From positions 51,956,001 through 52,020,000 of the forward strand of contig NC_083277.1 in assembly GCF_963506605.1 (NCBI RefSeq): a DNA stretch of 64,000 nucleotides, in the 5' to 3' direction. The notes under the pieces were generated by a model. The model was not told where the DNA came from. It ran no database searches and saw only the letters and a program-made list of their open reading frames with translations. This document shows, one piece after another, positions 60,910-64,000 of this stretch. The stretch comes from Zootoca vivipara. Taxonomy: Eukaryota. Position 1 is the stretch's first letter; each line of letters starts with the position of its first letter. Position numbers and translations under genes: made by a program.

Positions 60910-62992
60910 ATTTATTCCCCGCCCATCTGGCTGGGTTTCCCCCGCCACTCTGGGTGGCTTCCAACAAATACCAAAATACATTAAAATATCACAGATTAAA
61001 AATTTCCCTAAACAAAAAAGCTTCCCTAAACTTCCCTACTTTGTGAAGTAGATTCCTGCCATTACTATCTTTGAGTGGATAACTAAGTATAAGAGCAGTG
61101 GATGTGTTCAAGTCCACCACTGAGTTTTCATGTCTGAGTGCAAGGTTTCACCCTGAATTCAGCTCTTCCAACACCCACTACAAAATACTGCAAACCTGTT
61201 TCACACACTTTCCTGCTTTCAGGAATTCTGGGTAACGGCACTTGTGGACTCTGTTCCACAAAAGCTGGTGACATAATACATTTGTTGTTGTTGTTTAGTC
61301 GTTTAGTCGTGTCCGACTCTTTGTGACCCCAGGGACCAGAGCACACCAGGCACTCCTGTCTTCCACTGCCTCCCGCAGTTTGGTCAGACTCATGTTAGTG
61401 TCATGAAAATCTTAATCATGTTTGCTGTCCTGCAGTATTCCTTCTTACATCTTGTATGGGTGTCTCCTGCAGGCAGACATGGACTTTGAGAGCCTACAAC
61501 GCTCTAAGTGACCTTCACACCCTTAAGTCAGGGGTAGGGAGCTGGATCTAACTGGCAGCCCAAATCCTTATATCCCCCACCTCACCTGTCAATCACCTCG
61601 TGTCACATTGTCAGGTGACCTTTTTTGTAGCACTGCTCACAAAAGGCCCAATGGGCATCAGGTTTTCAGTGCGCAGTGTTATAGAAGCCCTGGCAATCAG
61701 CTGGTTGGTGGTACCTACCAACTCCCTTTTGGTCCATCCACATCATTACCTGCCCCCTACCTGAAATCATATATGACCTCAGGTGTGGGGCAGGTGGGTG
61801 TGGCTAGGCCAAATGGGGAAGGCTGGGTCCACCGGATAGAGGTTCCCCACTGCTACCCTGTGTTACTGGCTAACAACTGATGCTCATTTTCTGTACTAGA
61901 TACAAGATCCAGATTATGCAAGAGTCCTTATTTGTGGCAAAATGTACATTTTTCTCTAGACCCCTTCCCCCAATGCTTGTTGTTGGCCCAACCCAGCCAG
62001 TAACCAGAAATTCTGGGGGTGCAGTGGGAGGTTATGTACTTTATAATGGTGGGGGCGGTAGGGGTTCATCCTGGGTCTTCTGTGTATACAGTGAAACCTC
62101 TGTTGTGGAACGCTTCGGAAGCCGAATAATTTGGAACCCAAACGCCAACAACCCGGAAGTGAATGCTTCCGAACGGCTTCCAAGGCACGTTTCTCCACTT
62201 TTTCGATGGATTTTGCCAACCGGCAATTGCGCCTCGGTTGTTGAATGTTTCGGAAGTCAAACGGTCTTCTGGAACGGATTACGTTCGACAACTGAGGTTC
62301 TACTGTACTTGTATTAGATTAGTATCTAGCAGGGAAACATGAAGGTTTTGTTGGGATTGTTATTCAGCAGAAACGCATGAAGATCTCAGAGGAGTTTTGT
62401 AATAGCAGATATTAACAGGAAATGATGTACAGGGTTGCTTAGATTATAAGTTGGCTAGAAGGTGCTTATGATAGTAGGCAAGCCCAGGTATTTTGAAGCA
62501 CCTAAATTATGCCACCCCTGTGAATGGAAACCATGGTCTCTGCTATGAGTCAGTCCAAAATCTGAGCTACAAAGAAAAAAATTATGTGCCAAGACAACTG
62601 AAATTCCCAAGAGAATCATATTTTGCCTTGAAGCTCTCCAGTCTGATTGAAGTGGGGCTCAGCGCCACCATTCTGCTTCCTTAGATTTCATCAAACACTG
62701 CCCATGCCTTTTCTGACCTGCCTTTGCTACTATACAATTTTGGGCATATTTCAAAAATAATAATAATGAAGAAAATGAAGAATCTCTTCTTTCTTAGTTG
62801 CATAGTGCAGCCACCCTGACTGACCTGTGGCTAACTGTGTCATTCTGTGTTTCTTCTTAGGGTCCCCGCGCAGAAGCCATGATGCGCAGTGCTATGGAGC
62901 GTGGGAAGTGGGTCTTCTTCCAGAATTGCCACCTGGCTCCAAGCTGGATGCCTTCTTTGGAACGACTCATTGAAAGCATCAACCCCGACAAG
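625..62992 (+). CDS. DNAH1: Dynein axonemal heavy chain 1, partial (41 internal coding exons, AAA1 to AAA6 including stalk/MTBD); 5' and 3' ends outside the window
   Basis: Exons splice in frame at AG/GT (or GC) sites into one continuous dynein motor: [31 protein letters not shown], stalk coiled coil, [19 protein letters not shown]. Colinear with human DNAH1 as recalled (e.g. [53 protein letters not shown]). Confidence 0.93.
1895..2071. mobile_element. Tc1/mariner (Tc2-like) MITE
   Basis: Imperfect TIRs CTGTATATTCC..TATAAGAC / ..TACGCCGGAATATAC, flanked by TA. Confidence 0.65.
2754..2867 (+). CDS. DNAH1: DNAH1 exon 2
   Basis: tag|[27 protein letters not shown]|gtaact. Confidence 0.93.
3499..3648 (+). 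CDS. DNAH1: DNAH1 exon 3
   Basis: cag|[20 protein letters not shown]|gtcagt. Confidence 0.93.
4198..4284 (+). CDS. DNAH1: DNAH1 exon 4 (GC donor)
   Basis: cag|[19 protein letters not shown]|gcaagt. Confidence 0.9.
4774..4960 (+). CDS. DNAH1: DNAH1 exon 5
   Basis: cag|[22 protein letters not shown]|gtaagt. Confidence 0.93.
5933..6150. mobile_element. Tigger-like MITE, copy 1
   Basis: TA|CAGTGGTACCTC..GAGGTACCACTG|TA; near-identical copy at 55093-55310. Confidence 0.85.
6388..6479 (+). CDS. DNAH1: DNAH1 exon 6, AAA2 P-loop
   Basis: cag|..[27 protein letters not shown]|gtaaga. Confidence 0.93.
7035..7189 (+). CDS. DNAH1: DNAH1 exon 7
   Basis: cag|[30 protein letters not shown]|gtaaaa. Confidence 0.93.
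8440..8617 (+). CDS. DNAH1: DNAH1 exon 8
   Basis: cag|[41 protein letters not shown]|gtatct. Confidence 0.93.
8937..9131 (+). CDS. DNAH1: DNAH1 exon 9
   Basis: cag|[29 protein letters not shown]|gtgaac. Confidence 0.92.
10067..10186 (+). CDS. DNAH1: DNAH1 exon 10
   Basis: cag|[21 protein letters not shown]|gtaggg. Confidence 0.92.
10642..10800 (+). CDS. DNAH1: DNAH1 exon 11 (GC donor)
   Basis: cag|[29 protein letters not shown]|gcaagt. Confidence 0.9.
11079..11183 (+). CDS. DNAH1: DNAH1 exon 12
   Basis: cag|[20 protein letters not shown]|gtaaat. Confidence 0.9.
11428..11551 (-). mobile_element. SINE with tRNA-Lys-derived head and CR1-type 3' tail
   Basis: Minus strand reads TAGAGCATGAG..GGGCTGTGGGTTTGAGCCCCATGTTGGG (tRNA-Lys-like), then CCCTTCCAACT..TTCTATGATTCTAT (CR1 end). 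Confidence 0.7.
12386..12526 (+). CDS. DNAH1: DNAH1 exon 13
   Basis: tag|[21 protein letters not shown]|gtaagt. Confidence 0.92.
12612..12848. mobile_element. Tc1/mariner (Tc2-like) MITE
   Basis: TIRs CCTGTTTCTCCTAAAATAA / TTATTTTCGGAGAAACATGG; internal AAAATAAGAC/GCC repeats. Confidence 0.7.
13491..13651 (+). CDS. DNAH1: DNAH1 exon 14, AAA3 P-loop (GC donor)
   Basis: tag|[34 protein letters not shown]|gcaaat. Confidence 0.88.
14332..14455 (-). mobile_element. SINE with tRNA-Ile-derived head and CR1-type 3' tail
   Basis: Minus strand reads TGGCTCAGTTGGTTAGAGCATGGTGCTGA..AGGTTCAATCC (A/B boxes), then CCCTTCCAACTCTACAATTCTATG. Confidence 0.7.
15025..15182 (+). CDS. DNAH1: DNAH1 exon 15
   Basis: tag|[35 protein letters not shown]|gtatga. 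Confidence 0.93.
15362..15535 (+). CDS. DNAH1: DNAH1 exon 16
   Basis: cag|[23 protein letters not shown]|gtgagt. Confidence 0.93.
15648..15686 (+). CDS. DNAH1: DNAH1 exon 17 (39-nt mini-exon)
   Basis: tttag|[13 protein letters not shown]|gtaagt; corresponds to recalled human GLLGEKSYRERVP. Confidence 0.85.
16210..16765 (+). mobile_element. Degraded L2/CR1-group LINE 3' remnant
   Basis: Decayed KLN-DK-EVLWVG-like RT segment and an AT-rich 3' end; boundaries approximate. Confidence 0.45.
16981..17159 (+). CDS. DNAH1: DNAH1 exon 18
   Basis: tag|[34 protein letters not shown]|gtaagt. Confidence 0.93.
18170..18400 (+). CDS. DNAH1: DNAH1 exon 19
   Basis: cag|[27 protein letters not shown]|gtagga. 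Confidence 0.93.
19227..19578 (+). mobile_element. Sauria SINE, full length
   Basis: GGGACACGGGTGGCACTGTGG..GTTCGAATCC head, ACCTTT tail, 13-bp TSD TATGTTTACAGTG (19214-19226, 19579-19591). Confidence 0.9.
19870..20066 (+). CDS. DNAH1: DNAH1 exon 20, AAA4 P-loop
   Basis: tag|[30 protein letters not shown]|gtaaga. Confidence 0.93.
20528..20554. repeat. (TAT)n microsatellite
   Basis: Seen directly. Confidence 0.85.
21175..21310 (+). CDS. DNAH1: DNAH1 exon 21
   Basis: tag|[22 protein letters not shown]|gtaatt. Confidence 0.93.
22575..22783 (+). CDS. DNAH1: DNAH1 exon 22
   Basis: tag|[27 protein letters not shown]|gtatga. Confidence 0.93.
22918..22939. repeat. (GA)n microsatellite
   Basis: Seen directly. 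Confidence 0.85.
23464..23635 (+). CDS. DNAH1: DNAH1 exon 23
   Basis: cag|[30 protein letters not shown]|gtaagt. Confidence 0.93.
23952..24143 (+). CDS. DNAH1: DNAH1 exon 24
   Basis: tag|[24 protein letters not shown]|gtgggt. Confidence 0.92.
24246..24673 (-). repeat. 3' LTR (428 bp)
   Basis: Preceded by the PPT; two AATAAA on - strand (24302-24307, 24310-24315). Confidence 0.96.
24370..28494 (-). CDS. pol: Pol (protease, RT, RNase H, integrase, chromodomain) in the -1 frame; interrupted by one in-frame TAA at 26977-26979
   Basis: LIDSGA protease; LDLRGAY/MPFGL/FLDD RT; TDAS..ELLAI..TDHKNL RNase H; H..H..CTTC and D-D-E (SMDF, ISDRG, QAER) integrase; GPF motif; EYLMAWE..NEW chromodomain. 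ORFs 26977-28368 and 24370-26964 share one frame. Confidence 0.93.
24674..24687 (-). promoter_or_regulatory. Polypurine tract
   Basis: GGGAGGGGGGTGGA immediately 5' of the 3' LTR. Confidence 0.85.
28359..29585 (-). CDS. gag: Gag (PEG10/sushi-like): N-terminal coiled coil, capsid, CCHC zinc knuckle
   Basis: First ATG at 29585 (MSVSEAEK); [25 protein letters not shown] capsid segment; [14 protein letters not shown] = CX2CX4HX4C. Confidence 0.92.
   Translation of the reverse strand: MSVSEAEKWRQIAEQAQLELQQLSLQAQGELKAAKEETKKVQDDRLQLAEQVRELQEKEQHLRAVAVDLQNKLDAEKNKAGGAPQVQVLPGRRAGTLVSKFNGDPKEFQGFETEIVYALELHHDEFPDDEHRVAFIVEHLTGAAREWLRPLIATRNPCMKNVKLFLEGLKTMYSSDSHMDQTKEELHNLRQGNMTVRAYWAKFTMLVHRLGWDLESAPMQAAFYLGLHEEVKDELSRGPKPSNMDQLSKAALAVGVRQESRWSDKQATRAKRAWFPRSQEKPLPQQPFQATPGASQDQEPMQIDSARARAFQTPAAPRRKEGRGGNCFLCNSPQHLVRDCPHRREWQGKAGTVVPSPTDAAPQQGNGKAWLQETRGGSQAQSADNSPSPPTRTERSRASPPLPEQEWF
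28425..28494 (-). promoter_or_regulatory. -1 ribosomal frameshift signal: G_GGA_AAC plus stem-loop/pseudoknot
   Basis: Heptamer 28494-28488 in the gag frame, 6-nt spacer, perfect 10-bp stem (28481-28472 with 28456-28447); loop GGGGC can pair with GCCCC at 28429-28425. Confidence 0.85.
29615..29625 (-). promoter_or_regulatory. Self-priming primer-binding site
   Basis: AACCTCCTAAT 2 nt after the 5' LTR, no TGG; exact complement ATTAGGAGGTT inside the LTR at 29776-29766. Confidence 0.8.
29628..30055 (-). repeat. 5' LTR (428 bp)
   Basis: Identical by eye to 24246-24673; lies upstream of gag. Confidence 0.96.
30117..30358 (-). mobile_element. Sauria SINE, 5'-truncated
   Basis: (AAAGGT)n tail on + strand; body matches 19227-19578 in reverse. 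Confidence 0.85.
32059..32169 (+). CDS. DNAH1: DNAH1 exon 25 (stalk CC1)
   Basis: tag|[20 protein letters not shown]|gtacgc. Confidence 0.92.
33199..33384 (+). CDS. DNAH1: DNAH1 exon 26 (stalk CC1/MTBD start)
   Basis: cag|[27 protein letters not shown]|gtaaaa. Confidence 0.92.
35396..35611 (-). CDS. HAUS3-like coding exon 4 (stop)
   Basis: ctaaag|[33 protein letters not shown]; candidate AATAAA on - strand at 34792-34797. Confidence 0.85.
   Translation of the reverse strand, partial: GLEEPLEQLCTTQAKLYQMLMDTLSEVKAKQKSLQSHFQQTERSLYMHFFTNPEQLKELVQEAEKQTLAFS
35396..39624 (-). CDS. Nested antisense HAUS augmin-like complex subunit 3-like gene; 4 coding exons (39624-38401, 37081-36639, 36097-35881, 35611-35396), 699 aa
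   Basis: Exons splice in frame (phases 0,2,0; GT-AG) into 2100 nt ending in TAG with no internal stop. N-terminus [31 protein letters not shown] and C-terminus ERSLYMHFF match recalled HAUS3 (GNEFVETLK..YPKAD..DFDWLF..SGKPILEGAAL; EREFYVYF). Orthology versus paralogy not settled. Confidence 0.88.
35881..36097 (-). CDS. HAUS3-like coding exon 3
   Basis: ccttag|[24 protein letters not shown]|gtaagc. Confidence 0.86.
36639..37081 (-). CDS. HAUS3-like coding exon 2
   Basis: ctacag|[33 protein letters not shown]|gtaaag. Confidence 0.86.
37593..37807. mobile_element. Fold-back hAT MITE (215 bp)
   Basis: TAGGGTTGCCAG..CTGGCAACCCTA, near-perfect arms of about 100 bp; 8-bp TSD TTGGGAAC/TTGGGAAG. 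Confidence 0.88.
38401..39624 (-). CDS. HAUS3-like coding exon 1
   Basis: ATG at 39624, acceptor ctccag just upstream (exon starts 39642); ends AAKENK|gtaggt. Confidence 0.88.
40600..40658 (+). mobile_element. CR1-type 3' end fragment
   Basis: GTTGGACCAGATGACCCTC..TTCCAACTC..ATTCTGTGA. Confidence 0.6.
41248..41285. repeat. (CA)n microsatellite
   Basis: Seen directly. Confidence 0.9.
42021..42110. mobile_element. 90-bp hAT MITE, copy 1
   Basis: TIR CATAGCTGCCAAGTT; perfect 8-bp TSD AAATCAAA. Confidence 0.88.
42540..44340 (+). mobile_element. Ancient L2 LINE remnant, interrupted by Bov-B
   Basis: CT-rich decayed RT region and an L2-like 3' end (GTAAGCCCCTTG..GGGACC..TGTAAAGTGCT); boundaries approximate. 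Confidence 0.55.
43404..43959 (-). mobile_element. Bov-B (RTE) LINE 3' fragment
   Basis: [24 protein letters not shown]; (CAA)n tail; 12-bp TSD GCATGGTCCCTT. Confidence 0.92.
44523..44714 (+). CDS. DNAH1: DNAH1 exon 27 (MTBD)
   Basis: tag|[31 protein letters not shown]|gtaagt. Confidence 0.93.
46552..46719 (+). CDS. DNAH1: DNAH1 exon 28
   Basis: cag|[28 protein letters not shown]|gtaaga. Confidence 0.93.
46872..47063 (+). CDS. DNAH1: DNAH1 exon 29 (stalk CC2)
   Basis: cag|[17 protein letters not shown]|gtaagg. Confidence 0.93.
47508..47639 (+). CDS. DNAH1: DNAH1 exon 30
   Basis: cag|[19 protein letters not shown]|gtgagt. Confidence 0.93.
48404..48858 (-). mobile_element. Bov-B 3' end (minus, 48404-48643) joined to a Bov-B 5'-UTR-like segment in opposite orientation (about 48650-48845)
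   Basis: [24 protein letters not shown] on - strand; + segment ..GGGCCACCCAAGATGGAC..GGAGAAGGAACTGGCAAGCCACTCCAGTATC resembles recalled Bov-B 5' region. Confidence 0.7.
48877..51248 (+). mobile_element. Young 5'-truncated Bov-B LINE with open frame 48879-51242 (end of endonuclease plus RT)
   Basis: [23 protein letters not shown]; FIDYAKAFD; [10 protein letters not shown]; RYADD; (CAA) tail; 11-bp TSD AGTACTGTATA. Confidence 0.95.
52300..52945 (+). mobile_element. Degraded CR1 LINE 3' remnant
   Basis: Decayed KVMHIG..LEKVQKR-TK..GLE motifs; boundaries approximate. Confidence 0.6.
53436..53561 (+). CDS. DNAH1: DNAH1 exon 31
   Basis: cag|[22 protein letters not shown]|gtaatg. Confidence 0.92.
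53940..54059 (+). CDS. DNAH1: DNAH1 exon 32
   Basis: cag|[28 protein letters not shown]|gtaagg. Confidence 0.93.
54714..54863 (+). CDS. DNAH1: DNAH1 exon 33 (AAA5)
   Basis: cag|[26 protein letters not shown]|gtgcct. Confidence 0.93.
55093..55310. mobile_element. Tigger-like MITE, copy 2
   Basis: Same TIRs, TA TSD and 218-bp length as 5933-6150. Confidence 0.85.
55657..55817 (+). CDS. DNAH1: DNAH1 exon 34
   Basis: cag|[23 protein letters not shown]|gtaaca. Confidence 0.93.
56109..56334 (+). CDS. DNAH1: DNAH1 exon 35
   Basis: cag|[24 protein letters not shown]|gttggt. Confidence 0.93.
56433..56628 (+). CDS. DNAH1: DNAH1 exon 36
   Basis: cag|[25 protein letters not shown]|gtacct. Confidence 0.93.
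56956..57045. mobile_element. 90-bp hAT MITE, copy 2 (opposite orientation)
   Basis: TIR CATAGCTGCCAAGTT; perfect 8-bp TSD GAGCTCAG. Confidence 0.88.
58001..58152 (+). CDS. DNAH1: DNAH1 exon 37
   Basis: cag|[23 protein letters not shown]|gtcagt. Confidence 0.93.
58759..59108 (-). mobile_element. Sauria SINE
   Basis: Reverse-complement match to 19227-19578 including the B box. Confidence 0.88.
59534..59730 (+). CDS. DNAH1: DNAH1 exon 38
   Basis: cag|[21 protein letters not shown]|gtgacg. Confidence 0.92.
60225..60369 (+). CDS. DNAH1: DNAH1 exon 39
   Basis: cag|[27 protein letters not shown]|gtagct. Confidence 0.93.
60624..60782 (+). CDS. DNAH1: DNAH1 exon 40 (AAA6)
   Basis: cag|[30 protein letters not shown]|gtaagt. 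Confidence 0.93.
60871..60909. repeat. (GTT)13 microsatellite, probably the tail of a minus-strand LINE end extending to about 61030
   Basis: Seen directly; the following sequence is partly repeated at about 45835-45910. Confidence 0.8.
61283..61396 (-). mobile_element. Short Bov-B 3' end
   Basis: GTTGTTTAGTCGTTTAGTCGTGTCCGACTC, same as the other Bov-B tails in the window. Confidence 0.85.
62089..62305. mobile_element. Tigger-like MITE (second family)
   Basis: TA|CAGTGAAACCTC..GAGGTTCTACTG|TA. Confidence 0.75.
62861..62992 (+). CDS. DNAH1: DNAH1 exon 41
   Basis: tag|[27 protein letters not shown]|gtgaca. Confidence 0.93.
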
Positions 62993-63246
62993 GTGACACA
63001 CAGAGGGACTTCAGCTTTTGCTTCCCTCACCGATTGCCAAAATAGTTTGCTGTGCATTTTCAGCAGATTCCACAAAGTTTCTCCCCTGATCCTTATGTAA
63101 ATGTTTATAGGTATCTGTAGAAAAATTGTTAAAGTGATGGGACAGCAATAGTTAGGCACAATCTTTCTAGAGAGCATGCTTATGCTGCCAACAAGCAGCT
63201 GGGCAAAAAAGGTGGGGGAGGGAGGGATTAGTTGCAGAATCTAGAG

Positions 63247-63666
63247 CAGGGGTCCCCAGACTTACCGGAGTTTGGGCCGGTTCCCACCGCGCCGATCGCG
63301 CGGCGGGCCGGAGGGCGGGGGAGCTCGTGCCTGTGCGGGCCGGCGGGCGGGGGAGTGCGCACATGCGCACGGGCGCATACTGGCGCGGCGGCGCGCTTCC
63401 AGGGTGGGGAAAGCGCCGAAAATCCGTTGTGCGCATGCGCGTGGGCCTCCCCCGACCCGGAAGTGCATCAGAAATGACTTCTTCCGGGTCGGGAGAGGCC
63501 CATACGCATGCGCACAAAGGATTTTCGGCGCTTTTTTCCCAACCCGGAAGAGCGCTGCCGCGCTGCGCGCCGGCGGCGGGCGGCGGGCGGCGGGGGTGGT
63601 CGCGGCCCGGATTGGCAGGCTAATTGGGCCGCATCCGGCCCCCGGGCCGTAGTCTGGGGACCCCTG
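63247..63666. mobile_element. CpG-rich hAT (Charlie-like) non-autonomous element
   Basis: TIR CAGGGGTCCCCAGACT / AGTCTGGGGACCCCTG; perfect 8-bp TSD ATCTAGAG. Confidence 0.9.
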
Positions 63667-64000
63667 ATCTAGAGGCTCCATATGGGAGCAAGATAATAAG
63701 ATGAAATAGAATCTCCAGCGAGCATTTTTTTTGCTTCTATAAAGGAACTTGCAGCAAGTGTCACTTTCTCTCGATGTTCTCCTTACACATTCTTATTGCA
63801 GGATGTCTTTGAAATCTCACGAAAGTAAGCAGGATATCTTAGGAGAAACGTTGACTGTTCCCTCCTATGAGAAATATATTTGCTGGTCCCTTTGTGATGG
63901 AGGAACACCTCTCTAATGGGAGTGAAAAAAGACTCTTCTGTAGAAAAGTTGTTTCTAAAAAGTAGAACGAAACTCTTTCTCTCTGATTATACATGGCTCA

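Noticed and set aside
63167-63681. GC-rich ORFs and CpG island as the first exon of a new gene
   Set aside because: Bounded exactly by hAT TIRs and an 8-bp TSD; the ORFs are low-complexity Arg/Ala/Pro
1-64000. Prokaryotic systems such as CRISPR arrays, operons or defence islands
   Set aside because: The sequence is spliceosomal-intron-rich vertebrate DNA with no regularly spaced repeat-spacer array

Overview
Eukaryotic (vertebrate) DNA, very probably a squamate lizard, judged from Sauria SINEs and Bov-B LINEs. The whole window is the internal part of a + strand axonemal dynein heavy chain gene, DNAH1: 41 coding exons from AAA1 through the stalk/MTBD to AAA6, with start and end outside the window. 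Three of its 40 introns have GC donors. Inside its introns are: (i) a complete, very young, antisense 5.8-kb Ty3/Gypsy chromovirus of the Tf1/sushi type (24246-30055) with identical 428-bp LTRs, a 5-bp TSD, a PEG10-like gag, a G_GGA_AAC -1 frameshift with a predicted pseudoknot, a self-priming PBS, one in-frame TAA in pol, and an integrase tail carrying two acidic FxGF motifs that runs into the 3' LTR; (ii) an intact, antisense, four-coding-exon, 699-aa divergent HAUS3 (augmin) homologue nested in the 11-kb intron before the MTBD; (iii) nested RTE/Bov-B LINEs, Sauria SINEs, tRNA-head/CR1-tail SINEs, hAT and Tc1/mariner MITEs, and old L2/CR1 remnants. Gene identities come from recalled protein sequences, not database searches.
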